DNA of 43,297 nt from Octopus bimaculoides (Eukaryota): contig NC_068986.1 of assembly GCF_001194135.2 (NCBI RefSeq), positions 44,186,624 to 44,229,920 of the forward strand. Direction: 5' to 3'. The notes under the pieces are model-generated. The model was not told where the DNA came from. It made no database searches and saw nothing but the letters and a program-made list of their open reading frames with translations. Below, piece after piece: positions 1-12,986 of the stretch. The stretch's first letter is position 1; each line of letters starts with the position of its first letter. The position numbers and the translations under genes were made by a program.

Positions 1-292
1 TATGTATATATATGTGTATAAGTATTTATATGTATGTATATATGTATATATATATATATGTATGTATTTATGTGTATATATGTGTATATATATATATGTA
101 TATATATGTGTATATATATATATGTATATGTGTATATGTGTATATATATGTGTATATGTATATGTGTATATATATGTATATGTGTATATATATGTATGTG
201 TATATATTTATATTTGTGTGTGTGTATATGTATATATATATATATATGTGTATATATGTGTATATGTATATATATATATGTATATATATGTA
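1..292. repeat. (TA)n/(TATG)n/(TG)n compound microsatellite
   Basis: Almost pure alternating TA with interspersed TG. The Y/I/V/C/M ORFs at 2-353 are artefacts of this repeat. Confidence 0.97.
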
Positions 293-452
293 TACTCTAG
301 TTACAAGTGATGAAATGTTGGAGTTCTTTCCCTTTATATTGATGTTTCTTTGACCAATTTACTTTTCACCTAAGTAAATATTTTCACAATGTTCACTTAT
401 CAAATGTATTATTTCCAATGCTAACTTCATGTTTGGTTATTGTTTCTTTCAG

Positions 453-662
453 CACAAACACGTAAAAGTGTTTTCAGTGTTTTGTGTTAAATCTAGAAAC
501 CAGTCTTTTGTATTTCAGTGTTGTGTCTTGTTCAACTTTAATATTTAATATTTTATTCTCAATCTGAATGGAATTTACAAAGAATTCAATGCACATATTA
601 GATCATTTGCCGAAAATTTTTCAAAGAAAAAGAACAAAAAGTTAACTTGATTCACCCAGCAT
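453..662 (+). other. candidate non-coding (5'UTR) exon of the zinc-finger gene
   Basis: Pyrimidine tract plus AG (tgtttctttcag, AG 451-452) and donor-like cat|GTAAGG (GT 663-664). Contains only a short closed ORF. Splice signals only, no transcript evidence. Confidence 0.25.
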
Positions 663-2008
663 GTAAGGTCTTTAGCAGTAACTTTTACAGACATCCTCTA
701 CAATTTTTCATTTCTTTTAGTGATCTAAATTTGTATTTTTTGCTTTCCCTGAAAACAAAAGAAAAAAACAAATGTGCTGTTATTAATATCTTCTCTCATA
801 TATAAAGATTATTAAATTTCACCAAAATGAACTTTGTAAATATTAAAATATAAACATATAATATGTTAATTTTAAAGGCAATCAATATTTTATTCATATT
901 GAAAGCTCTTAACTTTTTCCTAATTCAATATGGTATACATCTGGTTTGTTTTAGATTCCAGTATGCTCTTTTTTATTTTTATTTTTAAAAAAGAATTTTT
1001 TCCTTGTATGTACCACTAGCCTGTGTGACTCAGATTGTTGTATAGGCAAGCCAATTTAATAGTGAAACTCTTTTTAATGATTTTATTGTATTTTCATCAT
1101 ATCGGCAAGCCAATTTTCTTTAAACACAATAGTCTTTAGCTGAAATATATATTATGAATACAACTGAATTTTTATGACTACAACTATGTATAAGGTATGC
1201 TATCTTAGCTATTGATTGTTACGATAGTTAAACATGTTTTTGTCAATTTTGTATGCTGCAAGAAGTAATGAGTAATTAATACAGTGTTCAGAATAAGAAT
1301 TAATTAGTTTCCCTATAAAAATGAATAAATTGTTATTAAACCTAAACAATAATTCAGTATAATATTGAACTTCGGTTTTCTTGTATAAATTTTTCAAGTA
1401 TTCAATTAGGTTAGCTAGTTCAGGAATCTAAATTTGTATTTCATAAGAACAACTTATTTATGAAATTTTCAAGCCATAACATTATTTTGTATTGAATGAA
1501 TGAATGAATGATTAATATTGATGAAAGAGAATAAATGATTATTAATAAAGAGGGTGGGGGGAGAGAGAACGATTGGTAAGTAGTATTCTGCAGAAACCAA
1601 AATTTTTTAGATAAAGTGATTAATGTTACAATTTTAGGGCTTACAAAATAAAATACTTAATTTGGTGCTTAGAAACTCTATATCTAAGGTAAATATTACT
1701 TGGAAAAGTATTCGAATGTTTTATTGAATATTGAAAGACAGAAAAACTCATGTTTCTATATATCTATTGTTGAAAAATGGAGTTATATCAAGTGTCATTA
1801 TTGTCATAATTTTTTGAAGGTTTCAAAATATCAACTGTTATTGCCAGTCATGAAAAAACAGTAATATTTAACCCTTTTATTACAAAATATCTGTTGAAAT
1901 ACATTGCCTTTGTTTTAATTTTGAAAATAACAAATTATTTAGTAAAATAATTTTGTCATTATGAAACTGGTGTTTAACTTAACACAGAATTTTGATGGAG
2001 TGTTTTAA

Positions 2009-2220
2009 TTTTACCCATTAACATTCAGTTTACTCTGTCAAATATAATTCTTATTTATTCACATTGGCATCATGCATTACTCATAGCTTTGAGATTTCAG
2101 TGTTGTGATTTTTTTAGTTTTTAGAATGACATTCTAGGGTAGGTGAGAAAGGCTGGATCAGACTGGTTGGAAGATAAAACATGTAGACTATTTTGGCTTG
2201 TTTAAATGCTAAAGGGTTAA
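2009..2220. mobile_element. piggyBac-type MITE, copy 1 (left end degraded)
   Basis: Right end AATGCTAAAGGG-TTAA. Body is homologous to the copies at 6532-6815 and 17337-17548 (ttactctgtcaaat...ttcacatt...agaatgacatt..agggtagg..aggctggatc). Confidence 0.7.
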
Positions 2221-2999
2221 ATCACTTAAAAACAGGAAAATTGTATCAGATTCAAGGCTGTCATGTGTGTGTCGGTATTAAAAGAGTTACAGATCTAGGA
2301 ATAATTTTTAATGAGCAAGTAAAGTTTTATGAATATTCTTCTATGTTCTTAACTTTTTAAGTTATGGCATTCTGAACATATTATAAATTTAATGATGTTT
2401 GATCTATTACTACAAACTCAGGCACTTGTGATAATCTTTTGTGAACAAAATACTATCAACCATTGTGTTTATGCTAACTGAAGAAGAAATCATCTATATG
2501 TTTGCACAGAAGTAGTTAACTTATTTTTTAATGGTTTTGAACAAATATCATGATCTTGGAGAAATGTTAAGGGCTTAATATCATTAAAAATAGCTAACAC
2601 ATTATTTCTCTGGTCATAAAATGAAAAATAACAGATGCAAGTGAGTGAGGATTATTATCTCATTGACAAATTGTAGATGGATTCTCTGAAAGTCAAGTGG
2701 ATGTTTTTTTTGTTTCCTCTCTTTCACCATTGCACTCTACATGATTAGAGATTTTTTTTCACAGTACCACTGCATAAAAAGTATTGACCAGCAATTTTGT
2801 TGCTGTTTACTTTTTAAATTATTTTGTCAATTGTTAGAATATTTTAAAAATATTTCTTTGTACATTGTAGCTCACACACATGGTTCTTTTATGGAATTTT
2901 TCTTCTTTTCTTAAATATTTTCTAATATCCTCTCATCAAACGAAGACAGAAAGCAAAACTGGTTAGCTCTAGTAATAGGTAATTTATGATATAATTATG

Positions 3000-3440
3000 C
3001 AATCTTTGCTGTGATAGAGTATGGCCTATTTTTATGAGAAAAAGATTTTCATATTCAGTTAAGGAATAAGTAGAAGAACTATGAAGAACAATTTAGAGGC
3101 TGTTGAGAAAGCAGCTAGATGACTTTGGTTGAAAAGAGTTGATTGGTGGGGTCAGTAGAATTGGATACTGACCTAAGCTTGATCAACCTCGGTTGAGACG
3201 CCTGGATGAGGGTATTATTTTTAAGACCTGAAAGAACCAGTGATGTCAGGCTACAACACTGACAATATATCTGAGTATTGTATCAGCAGATGTATGCTGA
3301 ACTAAATTATTTTTTGTGAAAAATTTAATTCTATGGTGTAGCCATCTTAATTTGCATATATTATCAATAGTCTTCCCTATTCTTCCTTTTGAAATCAGAA
3401 GCTTTATGCCTATGTAAGAAATTAGTATCAGTATCATTCA
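3000..3440 (-). mobile_element. highly decayed LINE endonuclease fragment (RTE-like)
   Basis: Minus-strand translation RIKFFTKNNLVQHTS resembles the LxxFxxxNNLVIxNT motif of RTE-clade APE domains. Very degraded. Confidence 0.3.
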
Positions 3441-3485
3441 TATTTTTTTTTTGCTTAAATTTTTTGTTGGGCCAATGCAAAAGAA

Positions 3486-3523
<38 letters not shown>

Positions 3524-3944
3524 GAGTGGGTGATGGCAGAATCAGTTGTGTCAATCAAGATGTTTTATGGTATTTAGTTGTGTTCCCTTATATTTGAATC
3601 TCACCAAAGTTGACTACAGATTTTTTTTCTTTTTGTAGTGGTGATGGTGGGGGTTTGATAAAATAAATATCTGTTATACACTGAAGTCAGTCTAATTTAC
3701 TTAATCCTTTCCTAAAATTTGTGGCCATGTGCCAATGTTGGAAATCATTTTATTATTATTATTTATTTTCATGTTTCTCTTGTGAAAATATTATAATGGA
3801 GAGGAATATTTTTTAAAAAGTTTTTTTTTCCCCAGAAATACTATGTTTTATAATTCCTTGCTTCACATTTCTTAACTCAGATCCTGGCATGGTTTATTTT
3901 AGTTCATAAAATAAATACCCATAAATACCTGGTGCAGATATAGT

Positions 3945-4110
3945 TATTGTTTACTTAAGAAGTTAGATTTCACAACTATGCAGTTCCAGGTTCAAATCCT
4001 ACTGCACCACTTTGTGGATACATTGCTTCCGCCATAACCTCAAGTTGACCAGTGCCTTGTGAGTGAAATTTAGTAGATGGAAACTGTACAGAAGCCCATT
4101 GTGTGTGTAA
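3945..4110 (+). mobile_element. tRNA-derived SINE, family C head/body (decayed)
   Basis: ccaggttcaaatcc B-box followed by gccttgtgagtgaaatt..gtagatggaaactg..agaagcccattgtgtgtg, shared with the copies at 10490, 20340, 38445 and 41150. Confidence 0.7.
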
Positions 4111-4428
4111 AATATAAAATATATTTTTGTGTATGTATATACTTTCAATAAGAAAATTGTCAATTAATCAGTATGTCAAACAAAAATGCCAATATTATTT
4201 ATTCAGACTGAGCAGTGAACACTCCCTGTCACTTTTGCCATCAGAAATGAAGTGAAGCAGTAATTGGCCTGTTGAAAACTTATATGTATTGTTCACAAAA
4301 TATTTGATATAAAATATTTAAGAATTGAATATGCTGGTCTTGATACAGTGGGCTTAACTTCATTGGCCTTGTGTCAAAACAAGTTCTTATCCTTGGTTTT
4401 ATTGACATTATTTTTGTAAGAAAATACT

Positions 4429-4647
4429 GAGTTGGCAGAATTGGCACATGGCCACACATTGGATGAAATGCTTAGTGGTATTTCTTCTGGCTTTATGTTC
4501 TGAGATCAAATTCTTCTGTTGTAGACTTTGCCTTTCATCCTTTCAGAGTTGATAAAATAAATACCAGTTGAGCACTAGGGTCACTGTAACTGATTAGCCT
4601 CCTCCCTCAAATTTCAGGCATTGTACCTTTAGTAGAAAGGATTATTA
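4429..4647 (+). mobile_element. tRNA-derived SINE, family B
   Basis: gagttggcagaa head, aaatgcttagtggtattt, and core gactttgcctttcatcctttc..gttgataaaat..taccag. Further decayed copies lie near 3524-3740, 4668-4750, 5435-5640, 18160-18270, 18405-18610 and 33380-33760. Confidence 0.8.
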
Positions 4648-5081
4648 GAATTATGGACAATAAATGTTGGGGTGACAAAAATATAGCAGACTGGATAGGT
4701 AAATGCCTTATTTATGTTTTGAGTTCAAATTCTTTCAGTTCATCCTAACCATAGATTGACACTTATGAATATCTGTTGTAATGTAATCACCCACACACCA
4801 TCTCCTATTTTCTGTTGAAATTGTAAAGTATCTGTTTCCTTGTCCCATTCTTCCAACTTCAAATCCTACCTGATGAAGCTTTGGTTTTCTTCTGACCAGC
4901 AACTCCAATTACACTGTGTAAAACAAAAAGTTAATATTTTTTTGTCTTTGGGCAGTAATTGTTATTTCCTATTTGCTTTTATCTAGAAATCAAAGGAAAT
5001 GACTACTCTTTCCTTCAAACTTTGCTTTTGTGACCTGGACATCAATGTTTTGAAACTGACCTATTTTCCATTACATTTCAG

Positions 5082-5206
5082 ATAGATTTAGCACTGAGTT
5101 GCTGAAGCAGAGATATCAATAAAGCAAATATTCTGCTCAGCACCACAGATTTGCAACAAAAGCAATGTTTGAAGGAAATATTAACCATTTTTCATACTTT
5201 CTAGGG
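5082..5206 (+). other. candidate upstream exon of the zinc-finger gene (ATG 5165, MFEGNINHFSYFLG)
   Basis: Acceptor ttacatttcAG (5080-5081) and strong donor ggg|GTAAGC (5207). The ATG frame ends in phase 0 whereas the next coding exon (12399) needs phase 1, so direct coding linkage is unsupported. Confidence 0.3.
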
Positions 5207-6531
5207 GTAAGCAAATAAGAAATAACAGTTGCTACTCAAGGACAAAAATTGTGTTACACAGTGTTATATGTTGGAAGATAATTGAAGTCTGTCAGTTAGA
5301 AATAATACCATAAGCTTTCAATTATGCAAAAAAATCAAAATTACAAAATTCCGTATTAAATGGTTCTGTTTAGTTAACCAAATTCTAGATAGAATGTGTA
5401 TATTTCACATTTACACACCTATTATTATTGTTGTGAGTGGGCAGAATGGACAAAATGCTTAGCAACATTTCTTTGGTTTCCTTGCATATTCTGAGCTCTA
5501 ATCATGCTGAGGTTAGCTTTGCTTTCCTTTTTTTGGAGGCTCAATAAAATATAGTACCAGTCTAGTACTGGGGTTGATGTAATTGACTAACCCCTTCTTC
5601 CCTATAGTTGCTGGCCATGTGCCAAAATTTGGAACAATCATTGTTGTTGTTATTTTATTTCCGTATTAAATATTTTTCACAATTGTATAATTTCTAAAAA
5701 GAAAACAAATTTAAAAAAATTTATTATTGTTATTTATTTATAATTATTATTATTATTTATCATTATCTTTATTATTATTATTATTATTATTGATCACTAT
5801 TATGTCAAAATCTTGTTTTGTTATTTTTCTTTCATTTTACTTTTTTTGTATTTAAGTGAAGGTTATGTTTTTGTTTGTTTTTTTTTGTGTTTGCGTGAAT
5901 CATAAGTAGGATTTTATACATAGATTTTTACAGAGAAGTTAGCCCATATATATATATATANNNNNNNNNNNNNNNNNNNNNNNNNNNNNNNNNNNNNNNN
6001 NNNNNNNNNNNNNNNNNNNNNNNNNNNNNNNNNNNNNNNNNNNNNNNNNNNNNNNNNNNNNNNNNNNNNNNNNNNNNNNNNNNNNNNNNNNNNNNNNNNN
6101 NNNNNNNNNNNNNNNNNNNNNNNNNNNATATATATATATTAGATTTAAAATATCGCAAATAATGAAACGCTTCTGAGCTCTTAACTTACATACATACACT
6201 CCAATTTAGCTCTGTTTTAGCACTTGAAAAGAGGAACCTCTGCAAGTACACAAATATGCCAGTGTATTGCTGTGTATGTATTTTGGTTGTAAAGTATCAA
6301 GGGGGCACCGGCTCATGTCCTGTCACTAATACTGTGGTACATTTATGAAAGATATTTAAAATGGCCCTTTTCATACAGCTGCAAATAGTTAACACAAGAT
6401 GGTGCATTTTACTGATCTGGACAGCAGAGTAGAGTAAAATTGACAAGTGATGCATTCAGCTTTTCCCAAAGATAGTTTCTTTTTTGAAAGAAAAAAAAAC
6501 AAAAAAATAGATTTGGTTCCAGCAAGCAGAT

Positions 6532-6815
6532 TTAACCCTTTAGAATTCAGATTACTCTTGTCAAATGTGACATTTCTTTATTCACATTGTTTTGAATTCA
6601 TCGTGCATTATTTAGAAGTGAGATTGATATAATCAACTGCTTGCCCTCCCTCAAATTTTTGACTTTGTACCTATAATAGAAAGGATTAGCCTTGAGATTT
6701 CAATGAAGTGATTGTTTATTTTTAGAATGACATTGTAGGGTAGATGTGAGATGCTAGGTCTGGCCTGTTTGAATATTTTGGCTGGATATGGCTTGTTTAA
6801 ATGCTAAAGAGTTAA
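6532..6815. mobile_element. piggyBac-type MITE, copy 2 (contains SINE-B 3' fragment ~6635-6690)
   Basis: TTAA-CCCTTTAGAATT ... AATGCTAAAGAG-TTAA, i.e. inverted termini with a TTAA target site. Confidence 0.8.
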
Positions 6816-8029
6816 CCAAGATATTGTGCATCAAAGCAATGTCTTTAGTGTTAGAATACATAAATTATGAGATTCATCATCACAATATGTGTACTTCCAG
6901 TGCAAAGCATTGTATAAATAGGAAATCAATGTAAAAGATTAGAACATATCAGCTGTCAGCAATGGTGTTTGGTTAACAGTGTATAAGATGTAGAACTTAC
7001 CCTTTTTTTGCTTATGTATTTAACCTTGTTTCTCTGAAATTGTTGATTTTTTTTTTTTAATACTTCCTCTTCAAAGGTAGGATGATTGTACCAATAGATG
7101 ACAAAAATAATAGTTAAATTGTGTTCACATGATGTATTGTTTTTTGAAGAACAATATACTTAAGGATATTTTATGGGGCATTTTTTTTGTTAAAATTTTA
7201 AAAATCTCTTTGGGTGTTTATATATGGATTCTTTGTTATCAGCTTTTTAAATTTATTTTTAAATATTATCAAAAAAGCATAATTTCCCCCAAGTTATTTT
7301 TTTAAAACAATTTTTCTCAAATCAGATTTTCTTATAATAATAAAAATAAATCATCATTATCATTTTATTATTATTAATGAAATTAATAGAAATAATTACT
7401 AACCATCATTATTATTTTTCCCAAATTTATTTTCAGTCCCAGTAATATCTGATATAGGTTCATAAATATTCATTGCAAATGTTATTTTCTAATATTTCTA
7501 AATTCACTTTATATATATATATATATATATTTTCATTCACATACAGTAAATAATTTTTATCAAATCTTTATTAGTATATGATTATATAATGAAGATAACA
7601 CTTTCACTTTCTCTTGTAATCATGTTGATACCATAAGTTTGAGATCACATATAGGTCACCTGACTAAATTATAAATTCGGAAAGTTACACTTTGACTTAC
7701 ATTTTGGATTCATAGAAAAATGGCTAAAATATATCTATATATTTGCGTTTTTTTTTTTTTCAATTCTTTGATCTCTTTCCTCTAAAGAATTTACTGGTTA
7801 ACAAAAAAAAAAAAAAAAAAGAAAAAGAAAAAAAAAGCCTTGTCATTGGAATTTAGCTAATAACAGCAGTATAGTTATGTCTTAAAATTCAGAAATGTTT
7901 TGTATATTTTTACTATTCCACTTATTGCTTTAAGTTGCAGAATATTATTAATCAGCTGGCCTCTTTCTTAGTTTGAAAATCCCAGTTTTTCTTAACTATT
8001 ACTTAAACACTTCTTAACTTCATCATGTA

Positions 8030-9060
8030 CTCCAGTGATTATTGGTGTGAATATAAATTTATAATCTAAATAGGTTGCATAACTGTTGACAAAAAATGCT
8101 CTCTTTCTCACCTATTTTTGAATGAAATGTTCACATAACTGAGCAGCTGACCTTTATAACTATTTCAGGCAGTTATATGCCTCTTGCAGTTTGCAGTTAA
8201 TGGAAACTTTGTTGGGAATGTTTCACCAGTATTTCTTATGTTAGGAGTGTACGTATATCATCAAAACTAGAAATAGTTTTGTGATAATTGTCTCAAAGCA
8301 GTCCTTTTTATAGACAGCTTTGAATATGCTTTCAGTTTCAAGGTCACGCTGCAGAGGAAGGGTAATATCTTGATAACATTTTTGGGTACAGATATGTGAC
8401 ATAATCAATATTTTTAGCTGCTTCTTGGATGTTTAAGAACTTCACTGTTTTCTTTTCTATTTGACAGCATCTTAGGTCGCAAAAGCATTTTCTGCAAAAT
8501 ATTAAATGATATAACAGTTATGAGTTCAAGAGCAGCTATAGTTTTTGATGTCTGCATTACTACTCAAATATCCAGAAAACTTACCCATGCATAACCTTTT
8601 GATATTCATTGGTCTGTTTGAGGTGGTTTCAGTCCAGCAGTTTTGGGCTTATGTTGAAACGTCAATCAATAAATGCTTCAAGGAGGGTTCACTCCCAGCA
8701 CATAACATGTTACTCACTTAGTTTTAAAGCATTTGGTTGATGTATTAGCTTTTACTATTTTTTTTAGTTGATGCTGTTTGAGTAATTATTATACAATACT
8801 CAAATTGATTGATCTTAAGCCTCTTCCCCAGTTGTTTCCTTCTGAGATCATCTGTCAATGTCAGTATTTTTGTGGAAGTTTCCAGTTAATATCAGGATCT
8901 TGCAGCTTTTAAGTCTAGTCAGGTATCCTGAACGTGTTGGTATCACAAATGCTTTGTAGGATATTGTCTTGTAAGAGGAATGTTTTGACTGCCACATATT
9001 TTCAAGTCTAGTTATAGTATTCTTTGCCCACTCTTTGTCCATTGCACCTTTATATGGTAC
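8030..9060 (-). mobile_element. decayed RTE-clade LINE (endonuclease to linker region)
   Basis: Minus-strand remnants: KILILTGNFH (cf. xxLxLGDFN), AQNCWT (cf. GADCWTDH), DDIRTLLT*EIL..W..H (cf. DGxTLLTxKxxILxRWxEHF). Many stops and frameshifts. Confidence 0.6.
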
Positions 9061-9339
9061 ATTTTTGTCAATACATAGGCATTTGATTTATTGAATAGAA
9101 GAAATAGAGACCATTGATGTTAATGTTTTTCATTTGGGAAGTGTGTTTCTTACATTCAACTATTAAATATGAACTTTTCCTCTGTTCAGATTCTAGCCAT
9201 AAATGCATTAAATCCAGTGTATTTAGATCATCAATGAAAATTATAGGTTACATTCATATTTCTTGCTGTTTTTCTTGTGAAAAAAGGGTACAGGATATAG
9301 TGCTAAAATTTTTTTTAAATGTTTTTAAATACATTGTCT

Positions 9340-10260
9340 GTTAGGAATATTTCCTTTGAAAAATTTATTACATTAGAAATAGCTGTGCTTTCAGTTACAA
9401 ATGTAGTTGCTTAACCAGTAACTAAGACAGCAAGTTTTTTCTTTTCTTTTGCTTGATGCAAAATATTTCAGTATTCTTGAGTAAAGATTAGTTAAATGGT
9501 CTTTTTATAGTCAAGACATGTGACAAGATTTCTACAGTACTTTTTTGTTTTCACTGTTGACAGCACAGCTTCATCAAAAGTTGTTCGGCGCATATCCACA
9601 CCTTTCTTTTCACTTGTTTGTTCATCACTCACTATGTTGTTGGAATTACAGTAGTCTTGGGGGAAATGATTTCACAGTTAGTGTAAAGTTTATACATAAT
9701 GTTTAGGCAAGCTTATAATTTTTGCCAATTAGTATTTTCAATTCTTGCCAACAAGATTTGCCTGTGTCATTGCAAACAAGTTAGGTGTGTCAGTTTCTTC
9801 TATATTTCTTTTAAATGTACTTGTGACTGGTGATCTGTAGAACATTTTCATCAGTATTCAACAATTAAATCTCTCTTCTTGAGCCTCCAAGTCATTGTAA
9901 AAAGATCTTGTCTGAGTCATTGTATGGATTTCAAACTTCTCTAGAAGAACAATGGATATAGTATTTTACTGTGTGATGCAGCTAATGAGTAAAGCACAAC
10001 AGTGTTAAGATGGCAATGCTTTTTCACACATCTCATATGTAACAGATGATTAACTCCAAAAATACATATAATTGTTTTGGTCTATCATCATTCAGACAAT
10101 CATTTTAATGGAACACATTTATGCATAATTTTTGCCATCAGCATTGTAGCAAATTGAATTTGAGTGGAGCTTCTACTTAGATGCAAATAAAACATCTTAT
10201 CAGTATCATTGATGGTTTCTTTCATGAAGGATGTCTTATCTGTTTCCCATCACAGAAAGT
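9340..10260 (-). mobile_element. decayed LINE fragment(s), probably RTE-like
   Basis: Minus-strand traces KCSTDH...LKEI*KKL, VKRKVWI and VLFA near 10190. Weak similarity only. Confidence 0.35.
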
Positions 10261-10489
10261 TTTATTGATCTGGACCACTTAATGATTGGCTTCTACTATA
10301 ATCATAATTTCACATTGAATGTATGGCTGAATCATGATTTATGAAAACCTAAAGATAGAATATAGTTGGTTTGAAGTGATGCGAAATATTAATTTATTGC
10401 ATAGATATTAGGAAAGAGTGTTTGTGCAATCTTACCCATGGACATTCTTTTCAGATTTCAACTTTACCATCTTGAATATTCTTGCAGGC

Positions 10490-10930
10490 ACAGTATATAT
10501 GTGTAGTAAGAAGCTTGCTTCCCAACAATATGGTTCCAGGTTCAGGCTCACTGCAATGCATCTTGGGCAAGTGTCATAGCATTGGGCTAACCAAAGTCTT
10601 GTGATTGGACTTGGTAGACAGAAACTGAAAGTAGCCTTATTTACATAATTCCTCATCTCTTAGATATAGAACTGAAAGAAGCCTATCGTGTGTGTTTATG
10701 TCCCCTTGTGATATTGTGTGATAGTTGTAAAATGATTGTCACTGTCATACTATTAGTGGCATTCATTTCCAATATTTTTCAACAAGAACATGTCTGACCA
10801 TGGGGAAATGTTACCTTGCTTGGAAATAAGTGAGGGTTGGCAACAAGAAGGGCATCTGGCCTTAGAATATCTGCCTCAGATATACTCCGTCCAACCTATG
10901 CAAGGATGGAAAAGTAGTTAAATGATGATG
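10490..10930 (+). mobile_element. SINE family C copy followed by SINE family F-type 3' segment
   Basis: gtagtaagaagcttgcttcccaac..ggttccaggttcag..cttgggcaagtgtc, then gagggttggcaacaagaagggcatctggc...ttaaatgatgatg tail. Confidence 0.7.
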
Positions 10931-10934
10931 AAAA

Positions 10935-11300
10935 GGGGGATCATTTTCCGTACATAGGAAGTTTCCTCTCAATGCAATTCATCTCCAAAAATGGTTTGGA
11001 TAACAGGGTTCATGTTGTTTTTGGAAGACTGTTCCACTACATCTTCAGCATCAAAGCCACCACCATCATTAAACATCGGATCAGCTGGGTAGGCCATATT
11101 CACCGTATAAATAGGACTAGGTTTCCCTATCAGATCCTCTTCAGTGAACTCAAAACAATGATAACTCAGAGACCATTAATTTGAAAATCTGGGAAGAACA
11201 TTTAGCATATTGCAAGCTCTAATTTCTAACCATCTCAACTACTGCAGAATTATATGATTGAGAAGTCATAGAGGCTAAATGAGAAAGGAAATGAAATACT
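10935..11300 (+). mobile_element. RTE-clade LINE 3' fragment (RT thumb region)
   Basis: Translations DHFPYIGSFLS (FxYLGS motif) and HRISWVGHIHRINRTRFPYQILFSELK (RLRWxGHVxRMxxxRxPKxxLYGEL motif). Confidence 0.7.
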
Positions 11301-12398
11301 CAGAAATGGGAAGAGCCAACAGTGTGTATGTGTGTGTGTATGTTTAATTTGACCAGTTTTATATGAATTATGATCCAAAAAAAAAAAAGTTTGTTAAGCA
11401 ATGTAAAAAAAAAAATGATAGTTAATGTAGAGAATATTTATATCATTCCATTTAGTAATTATCCCAAAATAGCACTTAAACCCATTTTACTCGTAAAACT
11501 ACATTATTTTTTATAAGCAAATTATGGAACTGTAGCACATAACCTATTTAAATCTTAGCCCAAGATATAAAGTTGAGGCATCATCAGTATTCAGTTTAAA
11601 CTCTTTCAGATTATTTGGTGAGAAGTAAAAATATGATTGGGCAAGATTTTTAATGTGAGACAGCAAGAATAATAAAGATAGTTTGGTGTTTCAGTGATTG
11701 AGAACTGAAACTAATATAGTACTAATAGAAGAGACAGAAGGAGCGTACAGCTTACTAAGGTACTAGTGCCTGAAATGTATTAGTTATTTAAGTCTTATTA
11801 TCAATTTAAATAGTGCTATATTCTTGATATTTAATATATTTTTCTTTCTCTACCTTTATCAGAACATTCAACACCAGTGGGATTAATTTTCTAATCTAAT
11901 GACTTAATCTGTTGTATCCCATGCTATTTCACTAAATTCTCTAGCAATTATTTTTTTATAGATTTAAAAAAAAATCTTTAGCAAATTAAAAATATTTATT
12001 GTAAGCAATTTTATTTTGAAATGTAAAGAAATGTACTTTTGATATAGTTTTTCAATTTTTGATATTTTTCTTTGTTTAATAAAAACATAAGTGTATATCT
12101 GGTATATTTTACAATCTACTATATTTTTTTAACTGTCAAATTTCAGATGTACTTTTCTTAAACATCTCACATATTAAAATACCTATNNNNNNNNNNAAAA
12201 AAAAAAAAAAAAAAAAAAAAAAATTATTTTTTTTAAATTTTAAGTTTCTTTTAACTATATATTTTTACTGTAATGCCAATTGGATGTATCCATTTTTTTT
12301 TAATGCTTATAGATACTTATCTCTCTCACTAAAGGAAATTAATTTTGATATCACATTTATGTATTTATAATTATTTTCATTCAAATTTTCAACTGCAG

Positions 12399-12527
12399 GC
12401 AACCAAGACATATTGATTTGTGGTGTGTGTAAGCTTGAGTTTACTAACCTACACACCTTAGCCCAACACAAGAAGCTTCCCTGTAAGCTTCGGTTTAGTT
12501 GTCAGTGTCAAAAGAATCCACAGCCTG
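12399..12527 (+). CDS. zinc-finger gene coding exon A: C2HC finger (GNQDILICGVCKLEFTNLHTLAQHKKLPCKLRFSCQCQKNPQP), phase 1-1
   Basis: Acceptor aattttcaactgcAG and donor cctg|GTAAGT. 129-nt open exon. C-x2-C-x12-H-x4-C with a DxLxCGxC..F..L...HK...C pattern, as in the N-terminal C2HC fingers of BCL11, ZNF341 and ZFP64. Confidence 0.88.
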
Positions 12528-12986
12528 GTAAGTAATGTTGATAGATTCACTGACAGACACAAAATCACTATTTCCAGTCTTTTAGTTATCCTCTAATTTA
12601 CATAAATTCTTTCATTTCCCAATTTATAAAAATCTACTTAGGCTGCATTATGACAACAATTCTGATATTTCAACATACTTTTAACATTCTCTTCACTGAA
12701 TATACTTCTGCTCTGATAGTAATATAATATATATAAAATAAATTATTTTAAAATCTGCTAATCTCTTATGACCATAATTATATTGTACATCTACATAATG
12801 CTCTTATTACTTCAGCAAGCACATCAAAGTCCAAAACAAGTCTGGGGTTATCATCTGCATCAGACAAAGCTCTTAGACTAATATTAGTCATTAAGCTAAT
12901 ATTCTCATTACATCAGTATCTCTAATTAGATTTTTTTAATACACACTACATTAAATATATGAACACTAATTTAACTTTAGCATATA

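Noticed and set aside
2-353. Three overlapping 88-113 aa ORFs
   Set aside because: Translations of a TA/TG microsatellite; no coding signal.
1045-1116. 13-bp direct repeat GGCAAGCCAATTT
   Set aside because: Only two copies with unrelated flanks; no element structure can be supported.
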